In this document: positions 1 to 7,579 of the stretch, piece after piece
How the letters are laid out: each line of letters starts with the position of its first letter
How positions within the stretch are numbered: position 1 is the stretch's first letter
Source of the DNA: a virus
Lineage: Duplodnaviria; Caudoviricetes
Direction: 5' to 3' (one strand)
IMG/VR virus record: IMGVR_UViG_3300048857_000027
Coordinates: 1-39,075 of that record
Length of the DNA stretch: 39,075 bases
The notes under the pieces: generated by a model
Databases searched by the model: none
Seen by the model: only the letters and a program-made list of their open reading frames with translations
Told to the model about the DNA's origin: nothing
Position numbers and translations under genes: made by a program

Positions 1-51
1 GCCTGCGTGCATATGTCCGGCCACTCCGCCGGGCCTGGAAGCCCGGCATGG

Positions 52-127
52 GAGCGCGTAGCTCAGCCGGTAGAGCAACTGACTTTTAATCAGTAGGTCC
101 AGGGTTCGAATCCCTGCGCGCTCACCA
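52..127 (+). tRNA. tRNA-Lys (anticodon UUU); probable prophage integration site
   Basis: Full cloverleaf: acceptor GAGCGCG/CGCGCTC, D arm GCTC/GAGC, anticodon arm ACTGA-CTTTTAA-TCAGT (TTT at 85-87), T arm CAGGG-TTCGAAT-CCCTG, encoded 3' CCA; 76 nt. Confidence 0.98.
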
Positions 128-131
128 TGAA

Positions 132-144
132 AATCAAGCACTTA
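132..144 (+). promoter_or_regulatory. IHF-binding site in att arm
   Basis: AATCAAgcacTTA matches the WATCAAnnnnTTR consensus exactly, 4 bp after the tRNA CCA. Confidence 0.65.
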
Positions 145-174
145 GACGAAAAATATATTGGTTTTTCTCGCGAT

Positions 175-195
175 GAGTCGCCACGGAGTAGCCAC
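175..195 (+). repeat. Tandem direct repeat; candidate integrase arm-type sites
   Basis: GAGTCGCCAC (175-184) and GAGTAGCCAC (186-195): 9/10 identical, 11-bp period, about 50 bp from the tRNA end. Confidence 0.6.
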
Positions 196-296
196 CATTA
201 GCGGCTCGCGCGCCTCCCCCCGTTCTCAGTTTGGACTTGGCGAGCGAAGATTTTTTTGAGAGATATCGCTCAAACTTGGCGCGGGGAGACTAGCAA

Positions 297-1178
297 TTGA
301 GCGTTGACGAGAAGGCGGTTGGTGGAGCTCCAACAGCATCGGATATCTTGGAGGCATTGGCTCATTCCGGATATTTAATGGAGCAACGCGTCGCATCGAC
401 GTTAGAGTGCTCAGGCTTCAACGTCCGGACGAACCGTGCTTACGAAGACATCGATGAAGGGAAAAGTCGGGAAATTGATGTCAGCGCGATGCGATCCTAT
501 CATGTTGATACCGAAAACAAGATCACGCTGACCGTTGAGCTTGTAATCGAATGCAAGAACTTCAAGCAGCCAGTTGTTTTCATCACAAGAAAGAAGAACG
601 AGTTCGATCGCAAAGAAGCGCGGAAAGAGCACGTTTTTCCTTTTGCCCATTACTACCTTCCTGTACCCGGCCAAGGCAACACAGTCTATCCAAAAGACCC
701 GTTCTTCTTTTTCGGACTGGACCAGAACGACCCCCTTTTCGCATCGGACCAAAAGGCAGTTCAGTTCTGTCGCATAGATGGCCATCGAAAGAAGTGGGAA
801 GCAAATCACAGCGGAATGCATGAATCGATTTTGCTGCCTGTAATCAAGGCGACAGCCTCACGGCGAAACGAGATAGCGAACTACAAGGCGAAGGACTGGA
901 CTCATGTTTGGCTGGGGTACTCCGTAGTCGTTCTGTCTCACGATCTATTCAGTGTGGATTCTCACAATCCCGACAAGGTAGCGGCCGAAAAATGGGTGAC
1001 GCTCGTGCGCGAGACAAAGTCAACGACGCTAACGGGCAAGTTCGCAATCAATTTCGTGTCAGAGAAAGACATTGCAGAGTTTGTAGAAAGGAACATCTAT
1101 CCCGTCGCTGAACATATGAAGACCGTCATCATCCAGGATCCAGAAAAGGTTAAAAGTCAGCACGTTGTAGAAAGATAA
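297..1178 (+). CDS. PD-(D/E)XK restriction-endonuclease-fold protein (293 aa)
   Basis: N-terminal SGYLMEQRVASTL helix, REIDVSA, then LVIECKN (E...D...ExK). TTG start with GGGGAG upstream. Visibly more AT-rich than the structural genes. Confidence 0.72.
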   Translation: MSVDEKAVGGAPTASDILEALAHSGYLMEQRVASTLECSGFNVRTNRAYEDIDEGKSREIDVSAMRSYHVDTENKITLTVELVIECKNFKQPVVFITRKKNEFDRKEARKEHVFPFAHYYLPVPGQGNTVYPKDPFFFFGLDQNDPLFASDQKAVQFCRIDGHRKKWEANHSGMHESILLPVIKATASRRNEIANYKAKDWTHVWLGYSVVVLSHDLFSVDSHNPDKVAAEKWVTLVRETKSTTLTGKFAINFVSEKDIAEFVERNIYPVAEHMKTVIIQDPEKVKSQHVVER

Positions 1179-1256
1179 GCCCCAGCCGGCGCGCTGCTGG
1201 TGTAGGCGCAGGTGGTGACCGCGCCGGCCATAGGTGACTGTGAAATGTTGGATGGG

Positions 1257-1562
1257 CTAAAACTCCTTGCGGATCCAACTGCAATAGGTAAGCCAGTCAA
1301 CGACCCCCCTGCCCACGTTACACTGACGGCAGACCAGACAGGTGTTATCGAAGGTGTCTTTTCCGCCATCGGCTCGGCGTCGTAGATGTTCGATCGTAGC
1401 TGCATCGTGGCGGGTGCGATCAGGAGGCCAGTAGCTCAGCCGTATGAACTTGCGGCAGTACGCGCAGAGTCCATCTTGCTTGTAGAATAGCATCGCGGCC
1501 AGGAGCCGCTTTTGCGGCGTTGAAAAACGCGGCATGGAACGCACCCCGCAATCAAGCGCCAC
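1257..1562 (-). CDS. HNH endonuclease (start may be ATG 1535)
   Basis: CAYC...ATIEHLRRRADGG...NTCLVCRQCNVGRG: HNH motif with two CxxC pairs. Confidence 0.88.
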   Translation of the reverse strand: MALDCGVRSMPRFSTPQKRLLAAMLFYKQDGLCAYCRKFIRLSYWPPDRTRHDAATIEHLRRRADGGKDTFDNTCLVCRQCNVGRGVVDWLTYCSWIRKEF

Positions 1563-1571
1563 GGCAACACA

Positions 1572-1904
1572 CTACGTAGGCTGCAGCCGCTCCGTGGTCT
1601 TTTGGATTTCATGGATCTGGAAGGCAAGTTCATCAATGCCCGAGTTTTCCCGCAGCTTGAACTCGTGCAGATCTTCCATGGCCTTCAGGTTGCTGAATAC
1701 CTCTCCGATCAAGGTGACGGCTACCTTTGCCTTCATCTGAAGATCGTAGGTGTCCTGCGACCAGGGGTGGTGCGGGCGGCTGCCGTCAGCGCCCTGCACC
1801 TGCTTTCTGCCGGTCTCAGCGGACTGGCATCTTAATCTCTTGCCTTCCTCAGGCTCAAAGGCGATCGTTGGCACGGGTCTTAATCTTGCGATCTTCGCGG
1901 TCAT
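1572..1904 (-). CDS. Hypothetical protein, co-oriented with HNH
   Basis: ATG with strong GAGGAG RBS; 110 aa; helical C-terminal half; 9 bp from the HNH ORF. Confidence 0.6.
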   Translation of the reverse strand: MTAKIARLRPVPTIAFEPEEGKRLRCQSAETGRKQVQGADGSRPHHPWSQDTYDLQMKAKVAVTLIGEVFSNLKAMEDLHEFKLRENSGIDELAFQIHEIQKTTERLQPT

Positions 1905-1932
1905 GTTGGTCTCCTCGTGTATCTGTGGTTTA

Positions 1933-1996
1933 CGAAAATAACCCTAGGGTATATCAAAATGGCCGTCAAGGCGAAAATAACCGTTGGGTCTATTTT
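1933..1996. promoter_or_regulatory. Divergent promoter region with two operator-like repeats
   Basis: CGAAAATAACC at 1933-1943 and 1972-1982, each followed by N3-GGGT-N-TAT. The second is near-palindromic (AAAATAACC...GGTCTATTTT). Leftward TTGACG(1969-1964)-17 bp-TAGGGT(1946-1941). Confidence 0.62.
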
Positions 1997-2033
1997 AGTT
2001 GCCGCAAGGGGAACGATTTGATATTTCAGAGAC

Positions 2034-2270
2034 ATGATCACGCCCGCTCAAATCAAGGCCGCAAGGGCCATGCTCGACTGGAAACAAACAGACCTGGCCA
2101 AGGCGGCTGGCCTTTCGGAGATGAGCGTCAAAAATGTCGAGAAGGGCAAGAAGGATTCGAGGATGAGCACCATCCAGTCTATTCGCTCCGCCCTTGAATG
2201 CGCGGGCATCATCTTTATTGACCAGAACGGCAACGGCCCAGGCGTCCGCCTGAGGGATCGGCAGGCTTAG
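2034..2270 (+). CDS. XRE-family helix-turn-helix regulator
   Basis: MITPAQIKAARAMLDWKQTDLAKAAGLSEMSVKNVEKG...GIIFIDQNGNGPGVRL, a typical rhizobial XRE pattern. Confidence 0.93.
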   Translation: MITPAQIKAARAMLDWKQTDLAKAAGLSEMSVKNVEKGKKDSRMSTIQSIRSALECAGIIFIDQNGNGPGVRLRDRQA

Positions 2271-2469
2271 TGAGCGAAGCAGCAGCTTCTATTGGGGACA
2301 GTGGACAAAAACGAAAAAGAAAAATGCCGGCACTTACGCCTTTGAAAACTAAAAGACTTTGGCATCGGTCAGCTCCCGCGACCTAAACCTCCCCTTGACC
2401 TACATCGCCGAGCCACGCAGCATAATTGAATCGAGTTCGCACCAATTCTCTTTTGGTGAAAGGACTCCG

Positions 2470-2670
2470 ATGAAACCCCCAGAGAAACTTATCTTCAAGT
2501 TCGGTAAGCGTTTCGAGGCTACTGCGTACGGCAAGCTCTCCGTCGTTCTTGCCTTCACTCTCAGCTTGACCGTGGTCGCCGCGTGGAGCGCACTTTCGGC
2601 AGCCCTGCTCTTCCATGCGATTGGCTGCTTGATGAAATTCACCCCTGCGCCTTACCTGTGCGTGCTATAA
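2470..2670 (+). CDS. Small putative membrane protein (66 aa)
   Basis: ATG at 2470 after AAGGA; long hydrophobic stretch LSVVLAFTLSLTVVAAWSALSAALLF; 6 bp from the next gene. Confidence 0.4.
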   Translation: MKPPEKLIFKFGKRFEATAYGKLSVVLAFTLSLTVVAAWSALSAALLFHAIGCLMKFTPAPYLCVL

Positions 2671-2676
2671 AACCGA

Positions 2677-2940
2677 ATGACCGAATCCGAACAGCAATAC
2701 GAGTTCTCAGATTTCTCCGGCGAGTTCGTCGACGATGAAATATCTTTGTCTCTGCGCATCTACCGCGTTGCGGGCACCAACCACGACTGGACGCTTGAGG
2801 TGGTCGACGAGGATGGGAACACGACGGTTTGGAATGACACCTTTGATACTGATCAAGAAGCGTACGAAGAATTTTTAGCCATCGTACAGCGGGACGGAAT
2901 TCGCACTTTTCTAGAAGGCCCTGTGCAAACGTTGCACTGA
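2677..2940 (+). CDS. Small acidic hypothetical protein
   Basis: 87 aa, very D/E-rich, natural-looking beta-rich sequence (IYRVAGTNHDWTLEVVDEDGNTTVW). Confidence 0.75.
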   Translation: MTESEQQYEFSDFSGEFVDDEISLSLRIYRVAGTNHDWTLEVVDEDGNTTVWNDTFDTDQEAYEEFLAIVQRDGIRTFLEGPVQTLH

Positions 2941-2943
2941 CGC

Positions 2944-2972
2944 TTGACCGCAAAATCTCGTGCAAATAGCCT
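2944..2972 (+). promoter_or_regulatory. Sigma70-type promoter for the excisionase-like operon
   Basis: TTGACC(2944-2949)-17 bp-TAGCCT(2967-2972). Confidence 0.6.
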
Positions 2973-2979
2973 CCACCTC

Positions 2980-3089
2980 GCGGCCTCACCAACCGCTAAG
3001 GCGACCCGGCCTCTCACCACAAAAAGGGCGAACCTGCTACCGGAGTCTTTTTCGGTGGCAACCTTGAAACGTGAGTGAGAGAGGTGCTT
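2980..3089 (+). promoter_or_regulatory. Structured 5' leader with anti-RBS pairing
   Basis: Hairpins GCGG/CCGC (2980-2996) and TGCTACCGGA/TTCGGTGGCA (3035-3060; G-U pairs work on the + strand). CTCTCAC (3011-3017) is complementary to GTGAGAG (3075-3081) at the RBS. Confidence 0.5.
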
Positions 3090-3383
3090 ATGCCCCCAAC
3101 GATTCCCCTCGACACCGTTTACACAACTGACGAAGCAGCCGAACGTTTGCGCGTATCCCGGCGGACGATGATCAAGCTCGGCCGCGATCTGGGGGCGTGC
3201 TCCATGATCGGCCGGGAGTACTTTTTCAGCGAGCGCGACCTGCTTGATATCTGGCAGGCTCAGCGGGCAATGCCGACGAGCTCACGAGGACGCGCCATTA
3301 GCGTGAAGGGGTTTCTGTCTGATGTGCGGCTCCAACATTCGCTACAGCGGCTCACGCAGAAAAAGAGGAGGCGCCGCCAATGA
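3090..3383 (+). CDS. Excisionase-like HTH protein (HTH_17/MerR-like)
   Basis: VYTTDEAAERLRVSRRTMIKL...IGREYFFSERDL; GAGG RBS before ATG 3090. Confidence 0.8.
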   Translation: MPPTIPLDTVYTTDEAAERLRVSRRTMIKLGRDLGACSMIGREYFFSERDLLDIWQAQRAMPTSSRGRAISVKGFLSDVRLQHSLQRLTQKKRRRRQ

Positions 3384-3679
3384 AGATCGATCTTCTTTCC
3401 CAACTTCCGCTCTTCGCCACCGACAAAGAACTGGCCGTGGCGATTGTCGGCAAGGAACGCGCATCCATGTGGGTGAAAACGGTCATCCCCCAACTCGAAA
3501 GGAAGGGCTTTCCACGGATTGACCCGCTTCACGACGGCAGACCAGTGCCGCTCGTTCGAAAGTTCTACGAAGGATATTTCGGTATCACCGCCGGCTACGC
3601 CGCGGTAGCGCCCGACGGAAAAGAGAACTTGGGTATGTGGAAGTCTCAACGCCGCGCCAGGAGGGCTGGCGGTGAGTGA
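3380..3679 (+). CDS. Small winged-helix/excisionase-like protein
   Basis: ATGA-coupled to the previous gene; TDKELAVAIVG...LERKGFPRIDPLHDGRPVPLVRKFY resembles AlpA/Xis-type wings. Confidence 0.62.
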   Translation: MKIDLLSQLPLFATDKELAVAIVGKERASMWVKTVIPQLERKGFPRIDPLHDGRPVPLVRKFYEGYFGITAGYAAVAPDGKENLGMWKSQRRARRAGGE

Positions 3680-4169
3680 CTCCGCTCGCCTCATCGGCCG
3701 CAAAGAGGCGGCCGCCTATTGCGGAATCTCGCCCACGTGCTTCTCGATGTGGGTGGCGAGCCACAAGATGCCGCCGGCAATCCCCGGCACGCGGAAGTGG
3801 GACAGGCGCGCGATCGACGCGAAGCTGGACGAGATCAGCGGACTCGAGTCGGCCTCCCAAGCCAAAGACGACCCTTACGATGACTGGTTTCGTGAGTACC
3901 GCAAGAAGCGGGAATCTCGCGAGGCATTCGCTCCCCAGGTCAGCCTTCGAGAAGCTCCTCGGCGCGTTCTCATATTCATGGTTGCTCACCCGGACTGTGA
4001 CACGATTGACCAGATCCGCGGCGCGGGCCAGCGGACGATCGACAAGCTGATCAAGGTGGGGGTTGTCCGGTGCGCTGGCACGAACGCCGCGGGCCAGTCT
4101 CGATACAAGGCGACGAAGCTCGGCGAGGAAGAGGCAGCTAGACTCGAACAGTGGCTGGCGCCACGCTAA
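3672..4169 (+). CDS. AlpA/excisionase-like HTH fused to a second winged-helix-like domain
   Basis: RLIGRKEAAAYCGISPTCFSMWVASHKMPPAIPGTRKWDRRAIDAKLD; C-terminal GAGQRTIDKLIKVGVV...YKATKLG. Confidence 0.75.
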   Translation: MSDSARLIGRKEAAAYCGISPTCFSMWVASHKMPPAIPGTRKWDRRAIDAKLDEISGLESASQAKDDPYDDWFREYRKKRESREAFAPQVSLREAPRRVLIFMVAHPDCDTIDQIRGAGQRTIDKLIKVGVVRCAGTNAAGQSRYKATKLGEEEAARLEQWLAPR

Positions 4170-4250
4170 AAGATGGGCGCCCATGGCCTTGACCACTATC
4201 CAAAGTTGATAAACATTCTTACCGGCAACAATTTAGGGGCGACTCATCTC

Positions 4251-4640
4251 ATGCATCGAAAGATTCTAGCCGTGGCAAGCATCGCCGCGATCGTGTCCTC
4301 GTGCGCAACGACCGAAAGCACGTCGCGCATGCTCACGTACAAGTCCCCTGTGCACAACGTGAAGATGCCGGACGATACGTATCGCGTGTACGACCACAAG
4401 ACGGATAACACGCTGATGGTTGCTCCGAGCCTCGGCACCACGATGGCCATTGGCGCGGCCCAAGGCGCAACGCTCGGCCTTGCCGACACCATGACGCCGG
4501 AGCAGAGGCTAGAGGCAGCCGCGCAGCAGCACCTGGCGAATACCGGCCGTGGCGCGTGCAAGATCACCAAGGGGTATTTGCTTCACAAGCCGCTTTACGA
4601 GTTCGTGTTTGAGTGCCCGCCAATGGAGCCGAGAGTGTAG
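4251..4640 (+). CDS. Predicted lipoprotein
   Basis: MHRKILAVASIAAIVSS-C: basic N-region, hydrophobic core and lipobox; two more Cys near the C-terminus. Confidence 0.78.
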   Translation: MHRKILAVASIAAIVSSCATTESTSRMLTYKSPVHNVKMPDDTYRVYDHKTDNTLMVAPSLGTTMAIGAAQGATLGLADTMTPEQRLEAAAQQHLANTGRGACKITKGYLLHKPLYEFVFECPPMEPRV

Positions 4641-4754
4641 AGCTAGTACGTTTAGGGAACAAACCGGCCGATATTCACTTGACTTCTGATTGCGGTGTGC
4701 GACCTTTGCACCCCGTGGACGCAGAAAACGCGGTGGCATTTTGGGGGAATTGGA

Positions 4755-5036
4755 ATGGGGCGAAACCTTCACATCTCTTATGATCTCAACAACCCTGGTC
4801 AGAACTACGAAAAGGTGATCGCGACGATTAAGACCCTCGGCAGCTGGGCTAAAATACACAAGTCCTACTGGTACGTGGACTCATCCCTGACAGCGGCTCA
4901 GGCGCGCGATCGAGTGTGGGCCGTGATGGACACAACAGACTCGCTCTACGTCGTCGACGCAACCAACAATGAGGCGGCGTGGCAGAACATTTCTCAGGAA
5001 GCAGCCAATTTTATAAGAGATAAATGGCACAAATGA
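4755..5036 (+). CDS. Cas2/VapD-like ferredoxin-fold small protein
   Basis: N-terminal LHISYDL strand, KSYWYV, and a terminal DSLYVVD strand; 93 aa; GGGGGA RBS. Confidence 0.65.
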   Translation: MGRNLHISYDLNNPGQNYEKVIATIKTLGSWAKIHKSYWYVDSSLTAAQARDRVWAVMDTTDSLYVVDATNNEAAWQNISQEAANFIRDKWHK

Positions 5037-5104
5037 CCTTGCCGACAGCCCGCCAGCGAGCATTTTCATAATTGTCGGACGTATTAGGAAACGGGTGGGA
5101 GAAA

Positions 5105-5815
5105 ATGGAGAACCCCGAGGCCAAAGCGATAGAAGAGGTCGGCAAGGCGGTTCAGTCTGTTGCAAAGACAGCTTCTGACTACAAGGACCTCGTAGGCGAT
5201 GCAGGTGGCTTTCTCGGAAAGATTTTTGGCCCGGCGGCGACGGAGGCGGGCATGTGGGTTCGCGACTACCTGCATGGCCGTCGCATCGAACTCGCCATCC
5301 GGCAGAGGGATCGCGTAGAGCAACTGTTGGATGAACGCGGCATTACGTCGATCCGGCCCCTGCCGCTCGCGGAAGGGATACCGTTGATCGATGCGGCCAC
5401 TTTGGAAGAAGACCCCGGCTTGGCTGAGATGTTCTCGAATTTGATCGCTAGCTTCATTGATGGAAGCAGCGATGATTTCCTTCCTCGGACCTTCATCCGA
5501 ACCTTGAGGGAAATGTCGCCATTTGAGGCGATCCTTTTGAAAAAAATTGCCAACGCACCAGATTCGGCCACCAACGAAGCTGGTTTTATGTACACGGAGC
5601 TGCTTCCGGAAGATTATCTCGATGCCCCAAAGGCATCCGACGAGAACGTCCAGAAGCCGACGCAACGCGTGGAGCTTGCCCTTGCGTCACTTGAAAATCT
5701 TGGCTGCGTTGAAGTCGGCAGGGCGATGAATGGAAATGCATTGTTCGGCTATGCGCTGCTGACCGTGTATGGCAAGGCCCTGATGGCGGCTTGCGCGCCC
5801 ATGCGCTCAACGTAA
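5105..5815 (+). CDS. Abi-alpha (DUF4393)-like protein
   Basis: PLPLAEGIPLIDAATLEEDPGLAEMFSNLIAS...FIRTLREMSPFEAILLKKI...LASLENLGCV...LTVYGKALMAAC pattern. Confidence 0.75.
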   Translation: MENPEAKAIEEVGKAVQSVAKTASDYKDLVGDAGGFLGKIFGPAATEAGMWVRDYLHGRRIELAIRQRDRVEQLLDERGITSIRPLPLAEGIPLIDAATLEEDPGLAEMFSNLIASFIDGSSDDFLPRTFIRTLREMSPFEAILLKKIANAPDSATNEAGFMYTELLPEDYLDAPKASDENVQKPTQRVELALASLENLGCVEVGRAMNGNALFGYALLTVYGKALMAACAPMRST

Positions 5816-6781
5816 CTCGAACCCCCCCGCTTCATCCTCCCGCTCCCGGATGCCCTTGAAAGACGCATGCCGCAGCTTCCCGTCATCCGTCCACGCGCGA
5901 TACTCGACCTCGGCGACAAGCACAGGCTCGACAAAGACGGCGCCTTTCCTCCTCAGGGACACGGCCGGCGTCTTCGTTGCCATCCCTTCGAGCAGATTAC
6001 GCAGCTCGCGCGAAAGCTGGTTTGACCAGCCGGTCCCGCAGCCGCCGACGTAAACGAGCTCGCCGTCTTTGCGCGCCGCCAGCAGCAGCCGGCCGAGATG
6101 ACCAGGCACGGTCGACGGCTCGTAGCCGACAACCACGAAGCTGTCGCGCCGCTTGCAGGTGATCTTCTGCCACCATTCGCCGCGGCCGCTGCGGTACGGC
6201 TTCTCGACGTGTTTGGCGATGATGCCTTCAAGGCCGTGCGCGCAGGCGACGCGAAAGAACTCGTCCCCGTCCGCCTGCACCTCCTCCGAAAGGCGAGCCG
6301 CCCCTTCCCGGCCGGCGACAAGCGGCTCCAACAGCCGCCGGCGCTCGCGCAGCGGCAGCCGGCGCAGATCGCGACCGTCGAGATAGAGGAGATCGAAGGC
6401 GTAGAAGACGATGGCGCCGATTTCGACCGCCGACGGCAAGCGCCCGAGCGCCCGCTGTAGCATGCCGAAATCGGAGCGGCCCTGATCGTCCAGAACGACA
6501 GCCTCCCCGTCCAGGATGGCCGTCTTCACGGCTAGGCGGCGGGTGTCGGCGACGATCGATGGAAACCTGTCGGTCCAGTCGTACCCGCCGCGCGTCAGTA
6601 TCCGCACCCGTCCGGGCTCGATGTGGACGGCAATCCGATAGCCGTCCCACTTCACCTCAAAGGCCCAGTCCGGACCCTTCGGCGGCTTGTCGACGAGCGT
6701 TGCGAGGCAGGGATCAACCCGCGCTGGCATGGGATCAGTAGGAGGGAGATCGCGGGGCTTCTTTGAGGATGCTCTGGCCAT
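5807..6781 (-). CDS. ligD: ATP-dependent DNA ligase (LigD/LigC-type ligase module)
   Basis: EVKWDGYR adenylation motif, ILDGEAV, FDLLYLDG, EGIIAKH, YRSGR, and an OB-fold ending LRHASFKGIRE. No polymerase or phosphoesterase domain. Confidence 0.92.
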   Translation of the reverse strand: MARASSKKPRDLPPTDPMPARVDPCLATLVDKPPKGPDWAFEVKWDGYRIAVHIEPGRVRILTRGGYDWTDRFPSIVADTRRLAVKTAILDGEAVVLDDQGRSDFGMLQRALGRLPSAVEIGAIVFYAFDLLYLDGRDLRRLPLRERRRLLEPLVAGREGAARLSEEVQADGDEFFRVACAHGLEGIIAKHVEKPYRSGRGEWWQKITCKRRDSFVVVGYEPSTVPGHLGRLLLAARKDGELVYVGGCGTGWSNQLSRELRNLLEGMATKTPAVSLRRKGAVFVEPVLVAEVEYRAWTDDGKLRHASFKGIREREDEAGGFELR

Positions 6782-6815
6782 GGACCATTAACGCACAGGC
6801 TTGCGAAAAGCCGAA

Positions 6816-6849
6816 TTGACTCTTTCGGCTGAGAGAACATATTAGGAAC
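6816..6849 (+). promoter_or_regulatory. Promoter with alphaproteobacterial LexA (SOS) box
   Basis: TTGACT at 6816-6821; GAAC-atattag-GAAC (6835-6849) is an exact GAAC-N7-GAAC and covers the -10 region. Confidence 0.8.
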
Positions 6850-6911
6850 ATTCGGTGGCGATGCGGCGCGCCAATTCATCAACTCAGGGGCGAATCAGGA
6901 AGGCGCGCATC

Positions 6912-7364
6912 ATGCGAACACTTGAAGATGAGATAGGAACCGCAATTGAAGTCGATCTCGCGGTCATGCCCCCTCACCAAAGGCGGGCCTATGCCGGCCT
7001 CGACCAGTATCGCCGTCCCGTCGAGGTGCGTGGCGTTCAGGAACTCGCCAAGGGAATTGCCGAATCCTTCGGGGCCTTTGCCATCTTCGATGTCGAGACG
7101 GTGTTGCGATCTCCGGCGATCGCGCCATTCGTCACGCAGACGCTCTACTCGGTACCTCTCGAATTAAGGCGGGCCGCTTGCGACCGTGATCGGCTGAAAG
7201 CAGAAGGCGCGCGAAAGGAGATGGCGCGGATAATCTCGACCGCCCTACTGGCGCGATACCATTTCGAGCCCTTGAAGCACGTCGGCGCCTCCTGCCATCC
7301 GAATTGGGAAGAGGCCTTCGAGCAGCAGTTCGGCGCCGGCCGAGGAGGAGGATCAAGCGGATGA
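6912..7364 (+). CDS. Hypothetical protein, first gene of the putative SOS operon
   Basis: ATG 6912 after AGGAAGG; 150 aa; ATGA-coupled to the next gene. Confidence 0.7.
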   Translation: MRTLEDEIGTAIEVDLAVMPPHQRRAYAGLDQYRRPVEVRGVQELAKGIAESFGAFAIFDVETVLRSPAIAPFVTQTLYSVPLELRRAACDRDRLKAEGARKEMARIISTALLARYHFEPLKHVGASCHPNWEEAFEQQFGAGRGGGSSG

Positions 7365-7579
7365 GTGACGAACTGGGCGCCAAGCCCCACTACGAGGGCG
7401 GGCCGTATGTCCATTACTGCGAGCATCCTGGCTGCACGAAATGGGGCAGCTTTGGCTTCGCAGTCGGCCGCGGCGAGCCGAACTGGTTCTGCTCTGAGCA
7501 TCAGCCCGAGTGGAAAATCGGCCCTACCACCCAGGCGCCGTTGACGGCGCGGATGGCGCGCGGAATACCCGAGCTATGA
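7361..7579 (+). CDS. Small Cys/His zinc-finger-like protein
   Basis: HYCEHPGC...WFCSEH; GAGGAGGAG RBS; ATGA overlap. Confidence 0.7.
   Translation: MSDELGAKPHYEGGPYVHYCEHPGCTKWGSFGFAVGRGEPNWFCSEHQPEWKIGPTTQAPLTARMARGIPEL

Noticed and set aside
1187-1229. GCCGGCGCG/CGCGCCGGC inverted repeat as a mobile-element end
   Set aside because: Single copy between convergent genes; more simply a terminator-like hairpin.
4646-4660. Second LexA box (GTAC-N7-GAAC)
   Set aside because: Mismatched, and upstream of rather than over the likely promoter; too weak to call.
4640-5110. CRISPR-Cas locus suggested by the Cas2-like gene
   Set aside because: No repeat-spacer array and no cas1 or other cas genes anywhere in the window.
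6782-6830. Sigma-EcfG promoter for the ligase gene
   Set aside because: CGTT is present on the minus strand, but there is no GGAAC at the 16-17 bp spacing.
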